Of a stretch of DNA of 33,814 nucleotides, positions 17,553 through 29,254 are shown piece by piece. Source of the stretch: Neoconidiobolus thromboides FSU 785 (taxonomy: Eukaryota; Fungi; Entomophthoromycota); contig MU626465.1 of the NCBI GenBank assembly GCA_025603075.1, positions 1-33,814 of the forward strand. Reading direction: 5' to 3'. Under the pieces are notes generated by a model, which saw only the letters and a program-made list of their open reading frames with translations, was not told the DNA's origin and searched no databases. The stretch's first letter is position 1. Every line of letters starts with the position of its first letter. The translations under genes were made by a program, and so were the position numbers.

Positions 17553-20512
17553 ATGTTAACAACCCAACGAGTAATAAGACGATATCGAGGTAAACCATCC
17601 AACCTCTCATATCACCTCTTATTTATTATTAACTTCCTTCCCTTTTAGCTCTAACCCAACTACGCTCATACAATACTTCAACTTACAATTTCGAAACTAT
17701 AGAAAAAAAATGGGAAAAAGTATGGCAAGAAAAAAAATTGGTTAAGCAACCCAATACAGACGAAAAAAAATTTATTCTCTCTATGTTTCCATACCCAAGT
17801 GGTAATTTACATATGGGCCATGTAAGAGTATATACTATATCGGATATGATTGCTAGATATTATAAATTAAAAGGGTTTGAAGTAAGTTCTTGATATTATG
17901 ATTAAATTATATATATATATCTAATTAATAAATAGGTCATTCACCCCATGGGTTGGGATGCATTTGGTTTACCTGCTGAGAACGCTGCGATAGAGAGAGG
18001 TATCGAACCTTCAGTATGGACTGAAATGAATATCAATACGATGAAAGAACAATTTAAGTTAATTCATACGGATTTAGATTGGGAAAGAGAAGTAAATACT
18101 AGTAGAGAAGAATATTATAAACATACTCAACAGTTGATATTAATGTTATATGAAAAAGGATTATTATATAGAAAGAAAAGTTTAGTAAATTGGGATCCGG
18201 TGGACAAAACTGTTTTGGCCAATGAACAGGTAGATGCTGAGGGAAAGAGTTGGAGATCAGGAGCAGTGGTTGAAAAAAAGTATTTAGAACAATGGTATGT
18301 TAGGATTACGGAATATTCAGAGGTAAGAGAATAATTCTTTATTGTAATTTATAATTTATAATTGTTTTTTTAGCAATTACTAAAAGATTTAGATCAATTA
18401 AATAATTGGCCAGAAAGAGTAAAATTAATGCAAGAAAATTGGATTGGTAAAGCAGAAGGTTGTAAAATTGAATTCCAATTAAAGGGAAATAAGAATTTAA
18501 AAGTAAGTTGAACATTTAAAATAAATAGTAAAAATAATAACAATCTGATAAAAACAAAGGGCATTAATGCTATAAGTGTCTTTACCACACGAGCAGAGAC
18601 AATAGAAGCAGTAACCTTTATAGGAATATCTTATCAACACGAATTAGTCAATTATATGTCCAACGATTTGAAATCCCAATTGAAAAATTATAATAATTTA
18701 AAGTATGATGAAATTAAAGGATTTAATACAGGATTGGTAGCAATCAATCCAATAACTAAAGAAGAGATACCAATTTATGTAGTATCTTATGTGTTGTCTG
18801 ATTATAAACTAGGGGCTGTAATGGCAGTACCTGGACATGATAAAAGGGATTATGATTTCGCTATGACTGAAGAAAAATTAAAAAAGAATATTAAAGTGAT
18901 TATTAAAAATAAAGAAGAAAGTAAGAATACTATTCCTTATTTATTAGATGAAGGGGAAATGAATGAGAATATCAAAGATGAAAAGAACATTGGCTTGAGT
19001 TGTAATGAATATCGTAACAAAGTAATTGATTTTATACAAGAAAATAAATTAGGTAATAAAGAAATTGGTTACAAATTAAGAGATTGGTTGATTAGTCGGC
19101 AACGACAATGGGGAGCACCAATGCCATTTATACATTGTAAGTCATGTGGTATACTACCAGTCAAAAAAGAATCCTTACCAATTAAATTAAATGAAAAGAA
19201 AACATTACCTTGTCCAAAATGTAATAAAGAAAGTGAATTAGATAGTGATACAATGGACACCTTTGTTGATTCTTCTTGGTATTACTTAAGATTTTTAGAT
19301 AATAATAATGAAGAGATGTTATGTGACGTAGAAAAAATTAAAAAATATATGCCAGTTGATTTATATATTGGGGGTATTGAACACGCTATTTTACATCTTT
19401 TGTATTCAAGATTTATTTTTAAATTTTTGACGGATTATTATAAGTTGAATGAGAAGAATGAAGTGAGAAAGATATTGTTGAATGAACCTTTTGATAGGTT
19501 ATTGACTCAAGTAAATATTTAGTATAATCATAATGTAATCACAAACCAATATTTGTTTATTATTAGGGTATGGTCCAGGGAAAAACATATAAATTGGATA
19601 ATGGACGTTTTGTTAAACCTGATTTAGTTGATTTAAGCAACCCAGATTTACCAAAACATAAAGAAACGTTACAATTATTGACAACAAGTTATGAAAAAAT
19701 GAGTAAATCTAAATATAATGGTATTGATCCAAAGGTAATAATAATTGAATAGTTATAATTATAATATTATTATATACAATAAATTATTTCTAATAATTAC
19801 TTAATTATAGGAAACTGTCAGTAAATATGGAGTAGATGCCACCAGATTATATATATTATTTAAAGCAGCTCCAAAGGATAATTTAAATTGGGAAGAATTA
19901 TCAATTGTTGGTATGCAACGATATTTACAAAAAATATATCAAAAAATCATACAAATCAATCAACAATCTATCCTCCCTGGTAATAACAATAACGAAAAAG
20001 ATAATAATAGTAAAGAGTTATTATATAATTTGCATTTAACAATTCAACAGGTAGACAAAAGTATTTTAACTGAATTTAAATTCAATAGTTCTATTGCTTA
20101 TCTCATTAAATTTTTTAATTTGATTGAAAAAGAAACAAAATTTAATCCAACTTATTTAGATTGTTTTAAACAGTTTTTGATCTTGTTAGCTCCCTTCGCT
20201 CCTTCTTCGGCGGAAGAATATTATTCTTTATTGAGAAATATACATAATAAGAAAGAATCCATTTTCTTAGAAGATTGGCCACAATTTAATGAAAAGCATT
20301 TAATTTTAAATGAAATCACTTATGTGTTACAAATTAATGGCAAAAAGAGAAGTGTTATTAACTTAAGTAGGGAATTACCTGAAGAGGAATTATGGAAACA
20401 AGTAGAAGGTTATATTAAAGAGGATAGTAAATTAAGTCATTTTATTCAAAATGGAATTAAAAAGAAATTATTGATAAAAAAAGCAAAATTAATTAATTTA
20501 TTAACATTTTAA
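17553..20512 (+). CDS. NAM2: Mitochondrial leucyl-tRNA synthetase (multi-exon)
   Basis: Arg-rich presequence ([20 protein letters not shown]), [14 protein letters not shown] (HIGH motif), [11 protein letters not shown], editing-domain [35 protein letters not shown]. Short GT-AG introns (first is 17590-17648). Confidence 0.96.
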
Positions 20513-21890
20513 TTTTGGAAATTCAACTGAATTAATTCCCCAACAACAACACAATTGATGCTATTTCCCAATAACCGATATTTTTGTAATAAACTAGTAG
20601 ATTCAGTAAATTGAATAAAATGTGGAGTTGATGGTGTATTGCTTGTATTATTTTGATTATTTCTATTATTATTTCTATTTCTATTTCTATTTCTGTCATT
20701 ATCTCTCATCCACGGCAATTTACTATTTTTATATTTCTCAGTTGGTATACCACTTAATAAACAAATCTCTTCAGGTGTAAAAAAACGCAAATTTTTATGT
20801 AATAAACTTGATTTATTATCAAAATCATAAGGCTGGATTTGATCCTAAATATTCATTAATACACTTTATCGTAATTTACTATTTTACTTACTTCTGATCT
20901 TATTGTACTATCAATTAAGGTAGCTGAACTATAAATATGATGGGAACCATAAGACTAATGGCGTAAGATTAACATGTTATAATTAACAATAATAATTTTG
21001 TATTTACCTTTGTGAAACAAGCACTCCTTCTATCGAACAGATTAACAATATCTAAAATTCAATTATAAGCAAAGAGGAAATTAAAATACATCAAACTTAC
21101 CAAACTTGAAATTTTTCGATTTCAATATCAATTCTTTTTTCAAAAAATATTCTTCCTTACTATTATTCTCTTCTTGAATGACACCTTCATTAAGTCTACA
21201 GCATCCCAACTTATCCAATAGCTGATTATAATCAATATCTTTTTTAAATGGTATCCCAATCAACTCTTCCACATCAACCTCATTCCAAACCTTGACCATT
21301 TCCTCCACCTTCCCCTTTCCCTCGCCTTTCCATCCTGCTACACAATAGTATCTCAATCTATCATTTGGTATCCCAAACTGCAATGGAGTTAATAGATATT
21401 CTTTAACCAAATAACCCATTTCCACTAAAGTCTCTATTGTCTTATCTCTCATACTTGAAGTTTCAAATCCATAAACATTTTCTAACATAAAAAAAGTTGG
21501 CTTTTTCCTCACTTCTTTCAATAAATTTAATAAATGTAATAAAGGTTCACTTCGATTATCTTTAATTCCTAATTTATTTCCTCCCCGAGTAAAAGGTTGG
21601 CATGGTGGTGACATGAGCCAAGTGTTAACTATATCCTGCTGAAGATCCTTGATAGTCAATGAAGTAATGCTTTTGGTGCTTGTTTTGCTATTGAAAGTTA
21701 AATTGTAGCTGCTATTAGCAACTTCATTAATATCATAACTATTAATGATGGTAAACGGTAAATCGGTGCGTTCAAGAGCATAACGCTATAAAATTTGAGT
21801 GTTATTTTAAGGTTAGAAAGTGAACGGAAATAAAATACTTACATAGCCCCCAATACCAGAGAAAAATTCAAGGATTTGTAGATCAGGCAT
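20509..21890 (-). CDS. DNMT2: DNMT2/TRDMT1 tRNA (cytosine-38-C5) methyltransferase (multi-exon)
   Basis: MPDLQILEFFSGIGG (motif I), SPPCQPFTR (catalytic Cys), ENV, QFGIPNDRLRYY, spliced CFTK (DNMT2-specific), LRFFTPEEI, YRLLGNS. Confidence 0.93.
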
Positions 21891-22070
21891 TGATTTATTT
21901 TGTGAAATTCTAAAAAATAAGTACTATGTTTAGGATATTGTAAATTTTGTTTTTTATTTGGATACTATTGGTTTCGACTTCAAATAGAAATACCAAAAAA
22001 AGTGAGCAATTTATGAAAGAACTAAAAAGAAACATGCTATTTACTATCTCTTGTTATCAAACTAGGCATA

Positions 22071-22174
22071 ATATGGGGATGTTTTTTTATTTCATCACTT
22101 TTTCCATTTTTAGGGGCTATTTGAGTGGAAATTTTATTAGTAAAATCCTTAAACCTAAAAATATATCCCCATAT
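22071..22174 (-). mobile_element. MITE family copy, near-consensus, ATAT flanks
   Basis: ATAT-GGGGATG...TATCCCC-ATAT, 180 bp upstream of the DNMT2 ATG. Confidence 0.93.
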
Positions 22175-22429
22175 ATAGTTAGATACATTTAAACTATTTT
22201 TCGTTTTTTGTTATGAAAAATTTTAATTAAATACATGAATAAAATTAAAATTTACACTATATCTGATAAAAAATATATATTTATAATTAATTTAATAATA
22301 CTTAAAAAATGGAATTTAATTCAACTTAGTGTTTAAAAAACTTAATATATACTTTTGAAATTCAAGTCCGATAAATGAAATATTACTAATATTACTAAAT
22401 TCATTCTTATATAGCTTTATCATAATACC

Positions 22430-22513
22430 AATGTTTTACAGATAACTTTTTTATTTAATTGCACTTAAAAAATGAACAAAATTGATGAAACCAAAAGGAA
22501 GATATCCCCCAAT
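22430..22513 (+). mobile_element. Partial, degenerate MITE copy (right half)
   Basis: GCACTTAAAAAATGAACAAAATTGATGAAACCAAAAGGAAGATATCCCCC. Confidence 0.65.
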
Positions 22514-22553
22514 AATTAGCTTTTTGGAAAAAATAAAATAAACAAAAGCTGTA

Positions 22554-22635
22554 CAGTGCCAGTAGGGTTTTAATCCACACCTATTCATAAAGCATAGCTT
22601 GTGTGTGCTGCCTTGGACCACTCGGCCATAACACC
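22554..22635 (-). pseudogene. tRNA-Leu(CAA) pseudogene / degenerate tRNA
   Basis: GGTGTTA-TG-GCCG-AGTGGTCCA-AGGC-A-GCACA-CACAAGC-TATGC-variable arm-GTGGA-TTAAAAC-CCTAC-TGGCACT-G. Leu-type D-arm, long variable arm and CAA anticodon are present, but U33 is replaced by A, the T-loop/B-box is broken, there are stem mismatches, and the discriminator is G. Confidence 0.8.
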
Positions 22636-22851
22636 CTGACAGTTGGATTCTTAATTTATCAATAAAAATTTTAACTTGTAGTAATCTCTATGCTTATATT
22701 TATCCCATAAATTCCAATCAATTTTCGAATGATCCGAATTCTAATAAAAATCAAAGCACTTAAAATTCTAATAAAAAATTCAATATTAAAGCCTATCCTT
22801 TAACTAAAGAAATTTTTAATAGAAAAATAAATAGATAAAAGTCAACAAAAA

Positions 22852-25800
22852 ATGCCAAAGAAAGCATTAGATCAAAGGATACCAACATTGATTAAAAACA
22901 ATGTACAAAAAAGAGAACGTAGTATGTTTGTTATCGTTGGAGATAGAGGGAAGGATCAAGTAAGTTGGCATTTGAATTTATACTTTATAAGAGAGATAAA
23001 ATAAAATGTTTACTTATTGATTAATTTTTTAATAATATTAGATAGTTAATTTACATTGGTTATTATCCCAAACGAAAGTAGCAACAAGACCAAATGTTTT
23101 ATGGTGTTATAAAAAAGAGTTAGGATTTACTAGGTAAGTTGATAATATCCACATTTCTCTTGCTCGCAACTTCAAATCCCCAATATGATATTAATTAATC
23201 CCTTCACCTTTTTAGTCATCGTAAGAAACGAGAACAAAAAATTAAACGAGAAGTAAAAAAAGGAATCCGAGAAATTAATACTGAAGATCCTTTTGAGTTA
23301 TTTATTTCAGTTACCAATATAAGATATACTTATTATAAAGAATCTCATAAAATTTTGGGTAATACTTATGGGATGTGTGTATTACAGGTGAGTCTATTTG
23401 AACTATCAAAAAAGTATATAAAAATAAAAAAGAGTAAAGCTAATGATGATTTAATTTATCTAGGATTTCGAAGCTTTGACCCCAAACTTGTTAGCTAGAA
23501 CTATTGAAACGGTAGAAGGTGGTGGCATCGTTGTACTTCTTTTACGTACTATGAAATCCTTGAAACAATTATATACAATGTCTATGGTAAGTTTAAAATA
23601 AGATAATACAAAGATAGGATCTAACTTTAAACTAGGATGTTCATTCTCGTTATAGAACTGAAGCACATGATGATGTCACTAATCGATTTAATGAAAGGTT
23701 TATATTATCATTAGGAGCTAGTGAAAGTTGTTTAGTAGTAGATGATGAATTAAATGTACTGCCCATTTCAGCAGCTAAAAACATCACAGCATTACCATCA
23801 GAATATAGTTTAAAAGATTCTGAAAGAGAAGAAGAGTTAAAAGAACTAAAAGAATCTTTAATAGATACTCAACCTATTGGTACTTTAATTAATAATTGCC
23901 GTACTTATGATCAAGCAAAAGCATTATTAACCTTTGTGGATGGTATTAGTGAAAAAAGTTTACGCAGTACAGTTACTTTAACTGCTGGTCGTGGTCGTGG
24001 TAAATCAGCTTCTTTAGGTATTGCTATATCGGCAGCAGTTGCATACGGATATTCTAATATATTTGTAACTTCCCCACATCCAGATAATTTAAAAACATTA
24101 TTTGAATTTATATTTAAAGGATTTGATTCCTTAGGTTATACTGAACATTTAGATTATGATATAATACAATCAACTAATCCAGATTTTAACAAAGCCATTG
24201 TTAGAGTTAATATCTTTCGTCAACATCGTCAAACTATTCAATATATCCAGCCACAGGATCACAAAACATTAGCACAAGCAGAACTATTGGTTATCGATGA
24301 AGCAGCAGCTATTCCATTACCAATTGTTAAAGATTTGTTAGGACCTTATTTAGTATTTATGGCATCTACTATTAATGGTTATGAAGGTACAGGTAGATCT
24401 TTATCATTAAAATTAATTCAACAATTAAGAGAAGAAAGTATTGGATTTAATGGTAAAAAATCAAACGATATCATAACAAGTCATGGTGAAGTAATGAATC
24501 GAGATAATAAATCAAACAAATTAATAGATGATAGTTTAAATGTATCCTCAGGCGGTAGATCTTTAAGGGAAATTAAATTAGAAGAACCAATCAGATATGC
24601 TCCTAATGATCCAATCGAATCTTGGTTAAATAAGTTATTATGTTTAGATTCAACTATATCAAATAAAAACATATCAGGTTGTCCACATCCAAAAGATTGT
24701 GAATTATATTATGTTAATAGAGATACTTTATTTTCTTATCATTCCATATCTGAAACATTTTTACAAAGGATGATGTCATTATATGTTGCTAGTCACTATA
24801 AAAACTCACCTAATGATTTACAGTTAATGTCGGATGCACCAGCTCATCATTTGTTTGTATTATTACCACCTGTAAATAACAATGTAAATACTTTACCAGA
24901 TCCATTATGTGTAGTTCAAGTTTGTTTAGAAGGTCAAATATCAAAACAATCTGTATTAAATTCATTATCTAGAGGTATTAGGGCTGCAGGTGATTTAATT
25001 CCTTGGTTAATTTCACAACAATATCAAGATGATGATTTTGCTTCTTTATCTGGAGCTAGAATCGTTAGAATCGCTACTCATCCAGATTATGTAAAGATGG
25101 GTTATGGAGGTAGAGCTATTGAATTATTAAATGAATATTATAATAATCAATTTTTAAATTTGGATGAAACTATCAATATAAATCAAACTATTATTCCTAA
25201 AGTAACAGATGAAGAAATTCAACAAAGTGATTTAAAAAACGATTTAATTAAAATTAAAGATCCTCGTAAAATGCCACCTTTGTTATTAAAATTAAGTGAA
25301 ATACCACCACAGCCTATTCATTATTTAGGTGTCTCTTATGGATTAACCCCTCAATTAAATAAATTTTGGAAAAAAAACGGCTTCGTTCCAGTTTATATTA
25401 GACAAACTTCAAATGAATTAACTGGGGAACATACTTGTGTTATGGTAAAACCATTAAAAGATAGAAAAGATTTAATTACTAAATGTAATAAAAATTGGGA
25501 TAAAGAGTTTTCAAAAGGTAACAAACAAACAATAATTATAATATATTGTTTACTAACATTTTTCTTTAGATTTCCATAAACGATTTATTAACTTATTATC
25601 TTATCAATTTTCTACATTCCCCTCAATATTAGCTTTAAGTATTATGGAAGCAGCTTATCCATTGAATGAGGAAATTCCAGCAATAACGAAAAAAGAAATT
25701 GAATATTGCTTTACTTCATATGATCTAAAAAGATTAGAATCTTATTCTAATAATTTATTAGATTATCATGTTATTATGGATTTAATTCCTTCTATTGCTG

Positions 25801-26482
25801 TCAATTATTTTACTCATAAATTACAAGGATGTAAATTATCTGGAGTGCAAGCTTCTATTTTACTCTCTATTGGTTTACAGCATAAAGACATTGAAGTTGT
25901 ATCCAAAGAATTAAACTTACCAGTTAGTCAATTATTAGCATTGTTTGCTAAAAGTATCAAAAAATGTTCCATGTATTTTAGAGAAATTTTAACAACTTCT
26001 GTAATTGAAGAAAATCCTAATTTACAACCAAAAAGTTTAACAGAAAAAGAAAGTAAAGATGGAAAAAAAGATTTACTGGATGATGCTCAATGGGATGCTT
26101 TAGATAATGAAGCTTTAGATCAAGAATTGGATAATGAGGGTAAACAAAAATTAAATCAACTAAGAGAAAGACAAAAAGAATTTTTAAATGCCATGGATTT
26201 AGAAAAGTAAGTTGAATTATTTTATTTGCTCTACATAATAAAATACTGATACCAATATTTTATTTTTTCTATTTTAGATATGAAATCAAAGTTGAAGATA
26301 ATGAACTTAAAGAAGCAGAAAGTAAAGCTAAATCAACAGCAAGTGTAGTTTCAATTTCAAAAAAAAGAGATCAAGATAATAAATTTGACGGCTTAGCGAA
26401 CAAAATTGCTAAAAGTAATACACCTAATCCTCAAGGTCAACCAAGAAATAAGAATAATAAAAAGGGAAAGAATAGAAAGTAG
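22852..26482 (+). CDS. KRE33: RNA cytidine acetyltransferase NAT10/Kre33 (multi-exon)
   Basis: MPKKALDQRI...RSMFVIVGDRGKDQ, LTAGRGRGKSA (P-loop), STINGYEGTGRSLSLKL, YKNSPNDLQL, RIVRIATHPDY...GYG (GNAT); Lys-rich C-terminal exon ending at TAG 26482. Confidence 0.96.
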
Positions 26483-26731
26483 AATGGTGAAGAAAAGTGG
26501 AGGGAATAAAGGATATGAAATAAAGTTATAGAGCTATTTTTTATTTACTAATATTTTTTTAATATTTTGTGTGTGTTTTTATGTTGAGTGGTTTTATATT
26601 TCGAGTTTTTTAAGAAATTAATGTAATTTTAAAATGAATTAAATAATTGATAAGTTAAAAAATAGATAAGGTCATTTCACTGTACACATTTGTACAAAGC
26701 TCTCCATTTTTTGCTGTCATATATATACAGC

Positions 26732-26835
26732 ATATGGGGATGCATTTTTGTGTTTAAGAATTTAACTAACAATCTTTTCACTCAAACAATGCTTGAAAAA
26801 TGGAAAAAGTGATGAAATCAAATACATCCTCATAT
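26732..26835 (+). mobile_element. MITE family copy, ATAT flanks
   Basis: ATAT-GGGGATG...CATCCTC-ATAT. Confidence 0.92.
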
Positions 26836-26909
26836 ATTAGAAATTTGGATTATGGTTATAATGTGTGTATATAATAAAGACGTTTGTTGGATTAAATTTC
26901 AAATTGATT

Positions 26910-27002
26910 AAATAGGGTTGTCTTTTGGTTTAAGGTCTTTACCACTTTTTAGACGCTATTGAATTGAAAACTTAGTGGAATTTTTACAAAAAAACTATGA
27001 GT
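26910..27002 (-). mobile_element. Strongly degenerate MITE copy
   Basis: ACCACTTTTTAGACGCTATTGAATTGAAAACTTAGTGGAATTTTTAC resembles the reverse consensus. Confidence 0.5.
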
Positions 27003-27069
27003 AGATAAACAAATAAATATATTCGTTTTTGACTGGATCTGTTTTTTTGGTAATTCCCTTATTTTTAAT

Positions 27070-27172
27070 GTATGTAAATGTATTTTTGTGTTTAAGAATT
27101 TTACTCAAATTTTCCGCTCAAATAATGCTTAAAAATGGAAAAAGCAATGAAGTCAAAAAAATCCCCTCATAT
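27070..27172 (+). mobile_element. MITE family copy
   Basis: ATGTATTTTTGTGTTTAAGAATTTTACTC...TTTTCCGCTCAAATAATGCTTAAAAATGGAAAAAGC...CCCCTC-ATAT; ends about 95 bp upstream of the MED31 ATG. Confidence 0.88.
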
Positions 27173-27266
27173 TATTTCTTAAACTCATTTTAATATTTGA
27201 CTTTTTTTGAATTTTTAAATTTTTGAATTTTAAAAAAATCCCCTGTTTATTTGTCCATACTATAGT

Positions 27267-27791
27267 ATGAATGCGGAAGAATTACAAATAGATCAACGAT
27301 TTACCGCGGAATTGGAATTTATTTCTAGTTTATCCAATCCTTGGTACATTAATTGTAAGTTAAATTCAATATAATCTTAATAAAATACAAAGAAGAGAAA
27401 GTTGATTAATAATTAATAATTTGTTTTAGTTCTATCTCAACAAGACTATTTTCAAGAAGAAGAATTTATTAATTATTTGGATTATTTATTATATTGGAAA
27501 CAACAACCTTATTGTCAATATGTTAAGTAAGTTTTTTGTTTTTTTATTAATCCATTTCCATTATTAATGTTCATCATTATCTTTTACTTTTATAGTTACC
27601 CCATCGCATTCTATTTTTTAGATTTGTTGCAAAATCGCAGTTTTCGAGAATCAATTCATCTTCAAGAAAACGTTATATTTTTACATGAAAAACAATATTA
27701 TCATTGGTTATATAATAAAAGAGCAAAATTCATTATTCAAGAAATGGACGAAGGAAAAGATATAAAAGAAAGTAAAGAAATATTGGAATAA
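27267..27791 (+). CDS. MED31: Mediator subunit 31 (Soh1), 3 exons
   Basis: RFTAELEFISSLSNPWYI / LSQQDYFQEEEFINYLDYLLYWKQQPYCQY / YPIAFYFLDLLQNRSFR. Confidence 0.93.
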
Positions 27792-27970
27792 AAGGACTAA
27801 TTTATTTTTATTTTTATTTTTTAAGTTTTATTATTAAATTTTATTAAAGAAATAAATGTGTACTTTTTTACACAATTCAATATGTATTTCAATATTAGCT
27901 TAAGTTTTGATTCGCCTTTCAACTACTGCTCATTATCAAATCAAAATGAAATTACTCGGGATGCATCAAC

Positions 27971-29254
27971 TCATACATCAATAAATTTAAATTTTCCAAA
28001 GGATTACTTAATGTCGTTGTAGTTAAATTTATCGTATTTAGAAGCTAAAAATTCATGTAAATAAATTAATAAGGATCAAAAATTAAATTACCTGTTCAAC
28101 ATTTTTATTAAATAAAAAAGTAGCTGTTTGAAAATCTTTTGGATTAATTTTCCTTTTTAGGTATAAGGGAAAGCTGAAATTAAAATTAAAAATTAGTTTC
28201 TTATCATGTGTTGTATGAATAGATACTTACACCTGAATACCCTCTAATATCAATGGGTTCGTGATCGTTGTCTCTGAGCCAAAAGCTGTGATGGGAAAAC
28301 ATAAATCCACATTTAAATACATAGCTAAACAATTAACTAATTGGGCTAAATAACCCAACGCAATATTTAAGTTTTGATGGTTCACTTCTTTTATGACACA
28401 ACAAGGGTAAGCAAAGTGATTAAAATATATAACTTTTAAATAATATTATGACTATTTCTATATTGAAATTTTACTATAAAGTTATATAAAGTATATTTAC
28501 CTGAATCTAAAGGCAGCTTGATAGTGATGTCTCGTATCGTATATGTGTTTGTCAAGTCAAGACACTGCAAATGTTAAGGATTATGTGGGTTTGATAAAAA
28601 GAGTATGTGAAGGCTTACTTTTTCTATGGGAAAAATCGAGTGTAACTCATTAATTAAACTTTTCCTCCTTTGTTTTAACATTCTAATTTGGTCTAAGTTT
28701 AATATACTATTTTTAAAAAATAATAATATTCATTAGTTTAAATAAAATCATATATAAAAATTACTGAGTTTGTTCTAAGACAATGTTTTGATCCGATAAA
28801 TTAAAACGATGTTTATTTAACAGTGTTTTGTTCCTATCCAAAGCTTCTTTTTTTATTTGATTTTTTTCGATCAACTTTTCCTTATGTTCACTTTGTTTTT
28901 CAATCTCTTGGATTACTTTTAATATACTTTCTTTCTTTTGATCAATCCCTTGTTTTATCCTGGAGATTGAATCCTATATGTATATTCTTAAGTTTAATTG
29001 TTAACAATTTACTCATCTTTTTAAATTACCAATAATTTTAACTGTTTTAAATCAATTATATTATCTTCTAATAATACTTGTTGAACTTCTTTTTCTTTTT
29101 GTAGCATACTTTTACTCAACTTAATAACTAGTTTGATAAAATGTAAAGATAAAATAAATTACTTTAAAGCATCTTCTAAGGAATAAGAAACACTATCATG
29201 ACCCATCGTTACTGGTTTAAAATATTTTAGTTGTGCCTTTTGTTTTGAATTCAT
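27971..29254 (-). CDS. UVRAG/Vps38-like PI3K complex II subunit (Atg14/UVRAG family), multi-exon
   Basis: Spliced reading: N-terminal coiled coil, RRKSLINELHSIFPIE, ALGYLAQLVNCLAMYLNVDLCFPI...GS.T.I, FPLY...TFLFNKNVEQ, stop at 27971. Confidence 0.82.

Noticed and set aside
18561-18870. Possible loss of the LeuRS editing (CP1) function (TTRAET instead of TTRPDT)
   Set aside because: The Thr-rich motif and [13 protein letters not shown] with the catalytic Asp are retained; the divergence is within the range expected for mitochondrial LeuRS.
20509-21890. DNA methyltransferase of a restriction-modification or transposon-silencing system
   Set aside because: The CFT motif, PPCQPFTR and small size identify DNMT2 (a tRNA methyltransferase); no partner nuclease or DNMT1/RID domains are present.
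21947-22192. 81-aa ORF upstream of DNMT2
   Set aside because: Its second half is simply a translated MITE copy (22071-22174).
22554-22635. Functional tRNA-Ser or a codon-reassigning tRNA
   Set aside because: The D-arm (GGTCCAAGGC) and CAAGC loop are Leu(CAA)-type. The G discriminator co-occurs with a broken T-loop and loss of U33, which indicates decay rather than an identity switch.
1002-27172. CRISPR array or bacterial REP interpretation of the recurring palindromic repeat
   Set aside because: Copies are dispersed in both orientations, about 100 bp long, lack unique regular spacers and cas genes, and have TSDs; the host is an intron-containing eukaryote.
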